Shown here one piece after another: positions 18,514 through 27,200 of a stretch of 64,000 nucleotides of DNA. The first letter of the stretch is position 1, and each line of letters begins with the position of its first letter. A program made the translations under genes and the position numbers. The notes under the pieces were generated by a model. It searched no databases and was not told the origin of the DNA. It saw nothing but the letters and a program-made list of their open reading frames with translations. Origin of the DNA: Dehalococcoidia bacterium (GTDB taxonomy: Bacteria > Chloroflexota > Dehalococcoidia > GIF9 > UBA5629); the NCBI GenBank assembly GCA_003142375.1, contig PLME01000005.1, forward strand, positions 114,582 to 178,581, in the 5' to 3' direction.

Positions 18514-20640
18514 TTATTCTAATTTAAACCTGCCTTCCTTGAAAAGCTTCAGGCAGATATCTACTACATCCGGGTCATAAAGTTTGCCCCTGCCTGCCGA
18601 TATCTCGGCCAGCGCCTTTTCGGGTCCCATCGCCGGCCGGTAGGGACGGTTTGATGCCATGGCTTCAACCACGTCCGCCACAGCCAGGATCCTGGCCTCA
18701 ATAGAAATGTCCTGGCCGCATAGCCCGGATGGGTAGCCGGAACCGTCCAGCCTTTCATGATGCTGTAGCACGGTCTGCGCAACCGCGCAGGGGAAATCCA
18801 TGCCCTTTATGATATCGTAGCCTCCCTGGGGGTGGGTCTTTATTATTTCAAACTCCAGCCTGTCCAGCTTGCCGGGCTTGCTGAGGATATCCGAAGGCAC
18901 ATAGATCTTGCCTATATCGTGAATGGTGGCAGCCATCTTGAGGCGCTCAATTTGATCGTCGGTTAGTCTCATTTCCGATGCTATGGCAGCGGAAAGTTCA
19001 GCCACTTTCTTTTGGTGGCCGGATGTATAGGGGTCCCTCATTTCCACCATCTTGGCCAGGGTATTGATGGCGTCGTTCAGAGTCTTTTTCAGAGCGGCAT
19101 AGCTTATCTGCAGTTTTTCTTCGGATTGCTTGCGTTCAGTGATGTTGTCGAACAGGGCCACAAAGTATCCCTTTTCCGTGCTGTAAACAGAGATGGAGAG
19201 CCAGATGCCCAGCGACCTTAAAAAAATCTCGCATTTTTCGGGTCTGCCGGATAGGGATACTCTCCCCAATATTTCGAAAAGCTCGGGGTCTGATTCCCGT
19301 ACGCCCGGGATGACCTCGGTCACCCTTTTACCTGCCACGTCCTTGACGCCGGTCAACCGCCCATGGGCATCGTTAACCAGGATGTAGACAAAGTCCTGCG
19401 GGCGGTCATCATCGAAAATCATCTGGCAGTAGGCCACGCCATTGAGCATATTCTCGAATAACGAACGGTAACGCCCTTCGCTTTCCTGGATTTTTTCCTC
19501 ATCCAGACGGTGCTCGGTGATATCGGTAGCAAAAGTCAGAGTGGCGGGACTGTTCTCCCAGATTATGCCGGCTGAGCTGATACGTACCCATCTGATCTTG
19601 CCCTGACGATCAATCAAACGGATACTGTAGGTTGCATCGAACTCCTCGCCCGACAGTCGTTTTAAATGCCGCTCGATGACCATAGCTCTGTCTTCAGGGT
19701 GGACGAAGTCCATAAAGTATTTTGGCTCCCTCTCATCGAGCCGGTAATCTGCCATGGCAAAGGCCCTGGGGTTGGCAAACACGACCTTGCCGTTCTGGAC
19801 AACAAAGATGCCTTCAGCGGCATTATCCACCAGGGTGCGGTATCTATCCTCGCTCTTGCGCAGGGCTTCTTCGGCCGCTTTGCGGCCGGTGATATCTATA
19901 TGCTGGATTACGGCGTTCGTGACCTTTCCATTCCGGTTGATAATGGGAAAAATCGTCACATCCAGGAATACTGAGGCCTGCCTTTCAAGGGTGAGATCTT
20001 GCAGCAACGATGTGTCATATTTGAGCTCAAACCTGGCGACCTCCCCCTTACTAAATACGTTTTCCGCCAGGGGCATAAAACCCTGACTGTCAACCAGGTT
20101 ATCCTTGAAGATATTGTATTTCCCGACGACGTCCTTTTCTGTGATATTTAATAATTTGCAGCAGGACTCGTTTATTCGAATAAGCGTGCCTTTGTCATCG
20201 GAGATCCACATGGGGGTGGGGCTTTGCTCGATCATGCTGTTAAGGAAAGCGCTGCTGATCCTGAGCTCTTCCTGCGTTTTTACCAGATCGGTAACCTCAT
20301 GGAAGAATTCCAGCTTGGAGATGCTGCCGTCCGGGTTCCTGAGAGGGGTATCGAACAGGTCGTAAGTCCTGCCTGTCCTGGGGTTAGACCACCGCCAGCT
20401 CACAGATTTGCCCTCGAATACCTCCTTATTCACGCACCAGGGGCATACCTGTTTGCGGCCGTGGAAATACTTGTAGCATTTCTGATTGCCGGGCGCTCCG
20501 AATTCCCGTGCGATTACAGGATTGACATATTCAATATCGCAATTGCGGTTTACTATATAGGCGCCATCGCTCATGGCGTTGAGGATGTCCTTCAAATAGT
20601 CCAGTGAGTCCTTCGTAATACCTTTCGTTGTCTTCTGCAT
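18514..20640 (-). CDS. Multi-PAS HD-GYP cyclic-dinucleotide phosphodiesterase
   Basis: PAS repeats; RDPYTSGHQ, HDIGK, HHERLDGSGYP, RPYR. Confidence 0.92.
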   Translation of the reverse strand: MQKTTKGITKDSLDYLKDILNAMSDGAYIVNRNCDIEYVNPVIAREFGAPGNQKCYKYFHGRKQVCPWCVNKEVFEGKSVSWRWSNPRTGRTYDLFDTPLRNPDGSISKLEFFHEVTDLVKTQEELRISSAFLNSMIEQSPTPMWISDDKGTLIRINESCCKLLNITEKDVVGKYNIFKDNLVDSQGFMPLAENVFSKGEVARFELKYDTSLLQDLTLERQASVFLDVTIFPIINRNGKVTNAVIQHIDITGRKAAEEALRKSEDRYRTLVDNAAEGIFVVQNGKVVFANPRAFAMADYRLDEREPKYFMDFVHPEDRAMVIERHLKRLSGEEFDATYSIRLIDRQGKIRWVRISSAGIIWENSPATLTFATDITEHRLDEEKIQESEGRYRSLFENMLNGVAYCQMIFDDDRPQDFVYILVNDAHGRLTGVKDVAGKRVTEVIPGVRESDPELFEILGRVSLSGRPEKCEIFLRSLGIWLSISVYSTEKGYFVALFDNITERKQSEEKLQISYAALKKTLNDAINTLAKMVEMRDPYTSGHQKKVAELSAAIASEMRLTDDQIERLKMAATIHDIGKIYVPSDILSKPGKLDRLEFEIIKTHPQGGYDIIKGMDFPCAVAQTVLQHHERLDGSGYPSGLCGQDISIEARILAVADVVEAMASNRPYRPAMGPEKALAEISAGRGKLYDPDVVDICLKLFKEGRFKLE

Positions 20641-20730
20641 ATTTCACTCTTTCTCTATCCGGCATGAAATCAGCAGTGCCAAAATCTTTCAGTTTGCCAA
20701 TCATCCCGCCATATTTCTTTTTAAAAAATA

Positions 20731-20760
20731 AAAAACCGGCCATTTGCAAATGGTCGGTTT
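20731..20760 (-). terminator. Intrinsic terminator in the 5' leader of the HD-GYP/GGDEF operon
   Basis: Minus strand AAACCGACCATTTGCAAATGGCCGGTTTTTT hairpin followed by U-tract, ~90 nt upstream of the start codon. Confidence 0.7.
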
Positions 20761-20814
20761 CAAATTTAGCTATTCTTTATAGATGACTAAATCACAGCAT
20801 TCCCGTATGCACGG

Positions 20815-20841
20815 CTATTTGTAAATGATTTGTTTTAACAT
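20815..20841 (-). CDS. Candidate leader peptide MLKQIIYK (uORF)
   Basis: ATG TTA AAA CAA ATC ATT TAC AAA TAG with AAGGA 7 nt upstream, between promoter and leader terminator. Confidence 0.4.
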   Translation of the reverse strand: MLKQIIYK

Positions 20842-20854
20842 TCACTAATCCTTA

Positions 20855-20883
20855 ATGCTAGTTATATTGACATAAAATGTCAA
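20855..20883 (-). promoter_or_regulatory. Sigma70 promoter with palindromic operator over the -35
   Basis: Minus strand TTGACA-17nt-TAGCAT; palindrome TTGACATAAAATGTCAA at 20867-20883. Confidence 0.6.
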
Positions 20884-20928
20884 ATACGCATGAACGTTAC
20901 GCACGATGAGGCGCTTGCCAGTCGTGAA

Positions 20929-21738
20929 CTAGGTGGAGCGGGTCAAGAAGTATGGGGCATCCCATTTTAAAAACGCATAGGGCGCGAAGGCGATGGGATC
21001 CAGCTCCGCCACAACATCGCCCTTCAACATGGTATTATCGCCCACTGCGTACGCTGCGCCGAGAATCCTGACGACCTCAACCTCTGCCCACGGGTCGTAG
21101 TCGGAATGCCCTAGCTCCACCTCTGCTACACCGAGCTCCGCCACCTTGGGACGCAGTACTACCCTTTCCCTGATGAGGCGCGGATTATAGTCGAAGCCGC
21201 TGCCATCCGAAGCAAAGAAATGCTTTACGTTGTAGGACACGGTCCCCTCTTCGGAAGATGAGTTAAGAACAATATCCACAAATTCACTGGTATTGGGCGT
21301 GCCGGTGAGTTTAACGCGGAGTTTGAAAAAGCACAGGCCGTGCCTTTCCAGGCTCCCTTCCATGGTGCTGCCGTTTCTTTTTAGCTGTATATTGGCCATC
21401 TTCTTGGGATATCCGAACACTTCCCGGCCGCCGGCCATGGCCAGGTCGCCGGTTACCGGCATGGCCAGGCAGTAATTGCCTTCGACGCCATCGTAAATAG
21501 CCCTCAGGAACAGGGCTCCCTCATAGTAAGGAGGTCCGAAGCTGGTTTTGGGATAGTAGGCTACAAAGGCCGTGGCGATGGGTTTGGGGGCGGGCGCCAG
21601 GGGAGCGGGCAACAGGCGTTTAACGATTTCCGGCTTAGTCTCCCACATTACCGTCAACATCTCAGCATCATAGAATTCGGATGTCTGACGTGCTTCAACC
21701 AGTTTAGCCAGGTCTTCCCAGCTTTGTACAAAACCCAT
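20929..21738 (-). CDS. Acetoacetate decarboxylase (ADC)-like family protein
   Basis: LLPAPL, YYEGAL, AGGREVFGYPKK catalytic-lysine motif. Confidence 0.85.
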   Translation of the reverse strand: MGFVQSWEDLAKLVEARQTSEFYDAEMLTVMWETKPEIVKRLLPAPLAPAPKPIATAFVAYYPKTSFGPPYYEGALFLRAIYDGVEGNYCLAMPVTGDLAMAGGREVFGYPKKMANIQLKRNGSTMEGSLERHGLCFFKLRVKLTGTPNTSEFVDIVLNSSSEEGTVSYNVKHFFASDGSGFDYNPRLIRERVVLRPKVAELGVAEVELGHSDYDPWAEVEVVRILGAAYAVGDNTMLKGDVVAELDPIAFAPYAFLKWDAPYFLTRST

Positions 21739-21963
21739 GATGATTCTCCTTTTTATCGTTGATTGCTGTGCGTCTCAGTTCGCGCCGGCCTGTACACCAG
21801 TCATACACTGTAATGACAGTATATAGTCTCCAGCATTGGTAGAGTCAAGCCTTTGCATGGTTATCAGAGCGACCCGGCAGCCACTGCTGCCAGGAAGTCC
21901 AGCGCATGGTAATCTCAAGGTCTTTGACGCGTCCCTAGCTGGCAATTGATCCGGTCTGAAAAA

Positions 21964-22037
21964 CGCGCCTGGAGGGATTCGAACCCACGACCCCCGGTTC
22001 CGAAGACCGATGCTCTGGTCCGCTGAGCTACAGGCGC
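21964..22037 (-). tRNA. tRNA-Arg (anticodon TCG), CCA not encoded
   Basis: GCGCCTGTAGCTCAGCGGACCAGAGCATCGGTCTTCGGAACCGGGGGTCGTGGGTTCGAATCCCTCCAGGCGCG folds as a cloverleaf. Confidence 0.95.
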
Positions 22038-22040
22038 ATG
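22021..22040. repeat. att core, left copy (overlaps tRNA-Arg 5' end)
   Basis: Exact 20-bp match to 52506-52525. Confidence 0.9.
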
Positions 22041-22099
22041 ACGAAAAATGAAGCTAAAATCGGCAATTTAAAAGTAGACATAACGGCACCAACGCCATT

Positions 22100-22121
22100 T
22101 TTGCTAATAATTTGCTAATAA
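22100..22121. repeat. Tandem 11-bp repeat TTTGCTAATAA x2 (candidate integrase arm-type site)
   Basis: Exact tandem duplication 60 bp inside the left att core. Confidence 0.55.
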
Positions 22122-22127
22122 CGTTTT

Positions 22128-22223
22128 TCAAATGCCTTCATTTTCAGTCGAAGTATACTGGTTGCCAAAAGCATCGTCAAAGCGTTTAGCTGCTGCTTCT
22201 TGCATGCCAGTGGCTACATGGCG
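22128..22223 (-). pseudogene. C-terminal remnant of a tyrosine integrase
   Basis: Manual translation RHVATGMQEAAAKRFDDAFGNQYTSTENEGI*, resembling the (Y)xHVxxxxQxxAAxxxD tail of ICE/phage tyrosine integrases; no upstream body present. Confidence 0.7.
22152..22180 (-). promoter_or_regulatory. Sigma70 promoter inside the integrase remnant, facing tRNA-Arg
   Basis: Minus strand TTGACG-17nt-TATACT. Confidence 0.65.
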
Positions 22224-22367
22224 CCCTAACATTTCCTTTTGTCCTGGCAGGTGTTAAAATTAAATAGGAATTGTGATTAACGAAAGATCCCAAATAGATA
22301 TCCCGATAGACGTACACTTCAAATGCCCTTGTCAGCATAAAGCCGCAACGCGTAGGGGGTAGATACA

Positions 22368-22982
22368 ATGGCAATCGAAAGTGATGCTTCACAAAAGATG
22401 CTCAGCAGCCTCGTGCAAGTAGTAAACAGCATGGTCAACCTCCACGATCCCACCGCTGCCGGACACCAGTGCGACGTAGCCCTTCTCGCCAGGGCCATAG
22501 CCGAGGAAATGAGTAATGACCGGAAAGTGGTGGACTGCGTGTTTCTCGCTGGTCAGATACATGATATTGGCAAGATTGCCATACCATCCGAGATCCTCGC
22601 CTTCCCCGGCAAGCTTGACGATATTCAGCAGATGGTGGTAATGTGCCATCCCGAGGTCGGTTATGAGATTTTGAAGCCTATTGACTTCCCCTGGCCCGTT
22701 GCAGATGCCGTCCACCAGCACCACGAGCGGCTTAATGGGTCCGGTTATCCTTATGGCCTTACTGGAGATCAGATGAGTGTGGAATCAAAGATCCTCGCCG
22801 TAGCCGATGTCGTCCAGGCCATGCTCACAAATCGCTCTTACCACCCACCATTGGGGATAGAGAATGTCGTGCACGAACTGGAAGAGCACAAGGGAATTCT
22901 GTATGATGCCGAAGTGGTGGATTGCTACAAACGTATTTCAACCCGTAACGGTACCGGGTTAACTCGGTGCGGGAAGAGCTGA
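22368..22982 (+). CDS. Stand-alone HD-GYP domain protein
   Basis: HDIGK, HHERLNGSGYP motifs. Confidence 0.85.
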   Translation: MAIESDASQKMLSSLVQVVNSMVNLHDPTAAGHQCDVALLARAIAEEMSNDRKVVDCVFLAGQIHDIGKIAIPSEILAFPGKLDDIQQMVVMCHPEVGYEILKPIDFPWPVADAVHQHHERLNGSGYPYGLTGDQMSVESKILAVADVVQAMLTNRSYHPPLGIENVVHELEEHKGILYDAEVVDCYKRISTRNGTGLTRCGKS

Positions 22983-22990
22983 CCGCACAA

Positions 22991-23905
22991 CTAGCGTTCC
23001 AGGATATACTCGTCACCCGCTGAAGCTATAGAAATATTCTTCTTAGCCTGCTTAATGATGACCGGGTCTTGTGTCAGTTCCAGCACCTTCTTAAAATCGG
23101 CTATAGCCAGGTCATTCGTCTTCGAAAGGATATAGAGTATACCCCTGTTCATGTAAGCTTCCGGCATTTTGGGGTCCAGCTCTATTGCCTTGTTGAGGTC
23201 TGCCAGGGCCGCATCGTATTTGTCCATTTCATACAGAGCCCATCCCCTGTTGTTATAGGCAAAGGCCAGCTTCGAGTCAATCGCCAGTGCCCTGTTCAGG
23301 TCGGTAAGCGCCTGGTTCCAATCTCGCATCTTATCCAGGGCCCAGCCCCGGTTGCTGTAGGCATCCGCCAAAGTGGGGTCAAGTTCGACGGCGCGGTTCA
23401 GGGATACGATAGCTGCATCATAGGACTGGTCCAGGATTAAGGTCCTGCCCTGGTTATTATAAGCCTTGGCCAGGTTCTTGTACGCCGTGGAAGAGTTAAA
23501 GCCCAGTTGCAGCGCCATGTTCAGGTCTTCGATCGACTTATCGTAATCGCCGGTGCCGTCATAGGCCCAGCCCCGGTTATTGTAAGCCTCGGCCAGCTTG
23601 GGATCCAGCTGGATGGCCTTGTTCAAGTCATCGATGGCTCCGGTGAAATCCTTCTTATCGATGCGCGTTAGCGCCCGGTTGTTGTAGGCTGTGGCCAGCT
23701 TCTTATTGGCTTCCGGCATATCCGCCTTAAGATCAATGGCCTTCTGGTATTCGGCAATGGCGGTATCCCAGTTGCTTTGCTTGGCATTTGAGTCCCCCAG
23801 CCACATATGATCAGCAGACGAACCCGCGGCACATGCACAAATGGATAAAAGAAATACAGCTAGGAGCACGCTAAACCCAATGCGCATATTACACCTCTTT
23901 CTCAT
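22991..23905 (-). CDS. TPR-repeat exported/lipoprotein
   Basis: Signal/lipobox-like N-terminus; repeats AIQLDPKLAEAYNNRG. Confidence 0.85.
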   Translation of the reverse strand: MRKRCNMRIGFSVLLAVFLLSICACAAGSSADHMWLGDSNAKQSNWDTAIAEYQKAIDLKADMPEANKKLATAYNNRALTRIDKKDFTGAIDDLNKAIQLDPKLAEAYNNRGWAYDGTGDYDKSIEDLNMALQLGFNSSTAYKNLAKAYNNQGRTLILDQSYDAAIVSLNRAVELDPTLADAYSNRGWALDKMRDWNQALTDLNRALAIDSKLAFAYNNRGWALYEMDKYDAALADLNKAIELDPKMPEAYMNRGILYILSKTNDLAIADFKKVLELTQDPVIIKQAKKNISIASAGDEYILER

Positions 23906-24035
23906 ACAAGATTACCCATGCTGCTGACCGGATATATAAGCCTCTTGACCTGCCCTATCTTCCAGAAATAAACGGGGATTCTCGCCAGCATTGAATTCAA
24001 TCGAATAAACTGCCCGCCTGCGCGGGCGAGGAACC

Positions 24036-24248
24036 CTATTCATATACCGATTGCGTTACGTTAGCTTGGGTTGTGGGCACCAGTTCCCCGAACGAGCCGC
24101 CCACAAAAGAATACCCATGCGTGCTCTGGGTCGTGATGTTAAAACCGTAAATAGGTGTAACGGACAGCACCACCGAGAATATAATCAACGCCAGGACGAC
24201 GGCCAGTATCGTCTTGGACTGCCACTTCTTAAAATCTATTCCTGCCAA
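24036..24248 (-). CDS. Small exported protein (70 aa)
   Basis: GGAGGT RBS before TTG start; N-terminal hydrophobic helix; two N-x-T sequons (NIT, NVT). Confidence 0.55.
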   Translation of the reverse strand: MAGIDFKKWQSKTILAVVLALIIFSVVLSVTPIYGFNITTQSTHGYSFVGGSFGELVPTTQANVTQSVYE

Positions 24249-24415
24249 CTTTGCACCTCCGATTTGCCCTTCCAGCGCTGTGACACACTCTTTCTATCTA
24301 TTATAGTCTACTACGATTATAACAACCAGCATAATACCTGTCAATATGTTAACACAGCTATGTCCACGAAATAGCTGCAAGTATTTCTCCACGACCATTC
24401 CATAAGGGCAATTCC

Positions 24416-25258
24416 CTATTCTACCGCGTCAACATAGATATATAGAGGTTCCTTGAAATAAGGTTTTCCCTCGCCGCCTTTATATAGATAAAAATTAATT
24501 TTTTGGGCAGCACCCGCTTTTGCCAGGACAAAATCCACTTTTCCTTCCCACTTTGCTCCATCAGCAAGCGCCCAAGTCGACGTATCGCTAACCACATTTT
24601 CATCTGTGACTGCTCTGATCGAGTAGGCTGTCGTCTGGCTTTCATGGTTTATCACTACTGCCGTGATGGTTACATTGTCACCGGCCTTAATCTGCGTGGG
24701 ATAGTTCTCGGCCTGGCCTTCAGCGTTAAGGATATAGAATTCAGTCGGCGCCGGTTTCTCCGGCAGGGCAACTTCAAAATAGATTAGACTGCCCGCTATG
24801 CCAAATACCGCCAGCAATGCAGCAACCCACACAACCTTCTTTGCCCGCGGCATCCCCTGCCACCCTTCCCAGTGGGGTACCATTGATATGTAGAGGCGCA
24901 TTTCCACCGGCAGCACCAGTTCCCTGATGAATCCGATGATGGCGGCAATCAGTGTAAATGCCGCAACAGACAACAGTATTGGCATCAGCTTAATGCCCCA
25001 GGGTGTGAAATTCAGAAATAAGCCGATGATCGGCACGGCCGCAATGCTCACGCCGAAACTTAAGGCGATGCGCTCGACCATTCCTATATCAACCTGTTTT
25101 GGAAATAAAGCAGATAGCACAGCATACCCGGGGAAGAAGAGCAGGCACAGGAAACTCACGATAATGCGCACCGGGCCGGAGGTGAACAGGGCCAGGGGGA
25201 TTAGCGCTACCGTCAAAATGACTATTGCTGCCAGTATTACGCGGTTGTAGAATCTCAT
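24416..25258 (-). CDS. DUF1616 membrane protein
   Basis: LFFPGYAVLSALFP, ERIALSFGVS, NFTPWGI, TEFYIL...AENYP, VINHE. Confidence 0.85.
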   Translation of the reverse strand: MRFYNRVILAAIVILTVALIPLALFTSGPVRIIVSFLCLLFFPGYAVLSALFPKQVDIGMVERIALSFGVSIAAVPIIGLFLNFTPWGIKLMPILLSVAAFTLIAAIIGFIRELVLPVEMRLYISMVPHWEGWQGMPRAKKVVWVAALLAVFGIAGSLIYFEVALPEKPAPTEFYILNAEGQAENYPTQIKAGDNVTITAVVINHESQTTAYSIRAVTDENVVSDTSTWALADGAKWEGKVDFVLAKAGAAQKINFYLYKGGEGKPYFKEPLYIYVDAVE

Positions 25259-25824
25259 TTTACTATTGTAAATACGCCGGTTGTCCCGTTGATATCGACG
25301 GTATAGCTTCCCGGGTCTATTAGCACTACTTTAAAATTCAGATGCATTATGGTATTCGGCAATATGCTTACTTGCCGTATGTTGAACACTTGGCCGTTAA
25401 TCTTTAGTATGACTTGATGCCCGATCTGGCTGCTGTCCAGGTTGGTACCGCTGAACCAGATGTTCACCATCTCTCCCGGTCGTGCCGTCAGCGGCTCGAT
25501 CCTCACATCGCTTATTTTTAAGGGAGTTACCGCTTTTTCTGTGACCGAAACCGGTGTTTTGCCTGCTGATTTTTCTTCGGCGGGTTGAACATCAGGTATC
25601 TTGGCTGGGCTCGGATCCTCCACAGCTACGGCCATGATATCCGCCGGGCTCAACTGGTCTTCAGGCGGTTCCCTATCATTACTATTCCGGATCAGCACGT
25701 ACCCGGCAAACGCCAATGCCGCGATAACAACAATTATGCTGACCGCTGTCAGCGTGGTCTGGGCCCCGGCTTCCATGGCCCCGCACGCTGGCAGCAGCAT
25801 GCTGCATTGATAGAAAAGCGCCAT
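25255..25824 (-). CDS. Membrane-anchored protein with C-terminal CARDB/Ig-like domain
   Basis: Single TM, Pro/Glu linker, beta-rich C-terminus PGSYTVDINGTTGVFTIV. Confidence 0.65.
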   Translation of the reverse strand: MALFYQCSMLLPACGAMEAGAQTTLTAVSIIVVIAALAFAGYVLIRNSNDREPPEDQLSPADIMAVAVEDPSPAKIPDVQPAEEKSAGKTPVSVTEKAVTPLKISDVRIEPLTARPGEMVNIWFSGTNLDSSQIGHQVILKINGQVFNIRQVSILPNTIMHLNFKVVLIDPGSYTVDINGTTGVFTIVK

Positions 25825-25959
25825 CTAGCTACCAAAACCTCCCATAAATTTTTACCAGAATATTGCTATTTAGTTATTATTAGTTACTTTAACTTACTTG
25901 ACAAGGAATATCATATATTATAGTCTTAACTTGCAATATTAGGTTGAAGGGATAGGTAT

Positions 25960-26199
25960 ATGGTAACGACGGTAACTATCAGCACAATCACGATCATCGC
26001 CGCCTCCAGTATAGTGGTAGGCATTGGTATATTCGCCACTGTATTGCTAATCGGCTTTCTCTCAACACGGGAATTACTCCACGCTGACGGCGGGGTTAAG
26101 CAGAAGCTGTTGGCTAAGTCGCTACTGGTTGGTATTATCCCGCTATTGATTGGTTTTCTTATCATTGTTGCTCTCAAAGTCGCCGAGATACTAGCTTAG
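25960..26199 (+). CDS. Small two-helix hydrophobic protein (79 aa)
   Basis: RBS and TTGACA promoter upstream; two long hydrophobic helices joined by the charged loop TRELLHADGGVKQK. Confidence 0.7.
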   Translation: MVTTVTISTITIIAASSIVVGIGIFATVLLIGFLSTRELLHADGGVKQKLLAKSLLVGIIPLLIGFLIIVALKVAEILA

Positions 26200-26985
26200 A
26201 ATAAACGGCGCTATTAAGAATAAAACGACATTGGCAGTGCCGTGTGAAAGGATCGCTCCCAGCAGCGATCCTGTTCTTTTTACCATAGCAGCGAAAAACA
26301 AAGCCACAAAGAATACGAAAACGACGTCGCCCCACGAGTAGAAGCCCAGGTGCAGGACCGCGAAAATCAGGCTGACAAAGATAATCCCCTGCCGTCCCAT
26401 TGCCTTTTCAGACAGCTTCTGCAGGATGCCGCGGAAAATCAGCTCCTCTATCATGCCCGTTGTGATTATTAGCACCAGCGCTGGCAGCCAGATGCTCTGC
26501 AGCGAGAACGTATTTATTAACGGACTCGTACCGATAATAAGATACTCTACTAATCCTAATGCGGCGCCGCTGATAATGCCCCCGATGATCTGCAACGGCC
26601 AGTAGCGTAGGGTGAGGCCGACCTGGGCGGGCTTAAGGCCTGTCACCAGCATTACAACTATGGCAGCCGCTAACAAAGGAGTATAAATTATGGGAAACCT
26701 GAAGACCAGCGAGAGTTGTCCCAGGGGTAAAGCGATGCTCATGATACGTACCAGGGGCACCAGGCTCAGCGCCAATACCAGGTTTCTTTTCCCCGGATCC
26801 GATATGAAAACGGACTGAACGATAAATGCTGTGAGAATTAAACTATAGCCGATCACGCCGGCCAGCGGGTAAAGATAAACTGTCAATACCTCTGCCGCAG
26901 TAATGGCAACCAGGTATATCCAGAAAGGCCATGCTATAGCTTTAGATGAAGTCGATTCTATGGCTTTCACTTCACATTGATCCAT
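26191..26985 (-). CDS. CPBP (CAAX/Abi) family intramembrane glutamic protease
   Basis: EELIFRG, FAVLH, SHGTAN motifs; true start may be GTG at 26970. Confidence 0.9.
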   Translation of the reverse strand: MDQCEVKAIESTSSKAIAWPFWIYLVAITAAEVLTVYLYPLAGVIGYSLILTAFIVQSVFISDPGKRNLVLALSLVPLVRIMSIALPLGQLSLVFRFPIIYTPLLAAAIVVMLVTGLKPAQVGLTLRYWPLQIIGGIISGAALGLVEYLIIGTSPLINTFSLQSIWLPALVLIITTGMIEELIFRGILQKLSEKAMGRQGIIFVSLIFAVLHLGFYSWGDVVFVFFVALFFAAMVKRTGSLLGAILSHGTANVVLFLIAPFILS

Positions 26986-27035
26986 AAACGAAGCGATAGA
27001 TAGGGGGTAACCTGCCCGGTTTTGTAACGGTTAAA
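26967..27035 (-). pseudogene. 3' remnant of a third DUF1616 gene
   Basis: Translation FNRYKTGQVTPYLSLRLWINVK* matches the C-termini of the two intact DUF1616 proteins (FLLFKNAETEPYLTLHIWVNVRK); GTGA overlap with CPBP. Confidence 0.6.
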
Positions 27036-27200
27036 ATCTTGTTCAGCAAATTTGATTTTCCTTTGTCATAGAATTAGCGAATATCATAGCAAAATAGAAC
27101 TGAAAAATATAGAAGGACGTGTAGATTTATGCATCGGCATTAATTGATACTATCAACTGCCGGTTGCCCGTGATAGAATTATCTGCAATTCACACACAGG

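Noticed and set aside
20731-20850. c-di-GMP riboswitch upstream of the HD-GYP gene
   Set aside because: Expected from context, but conserved class I/II aptamer motifs are not visible; reported instead as a uORF attenuator candidate
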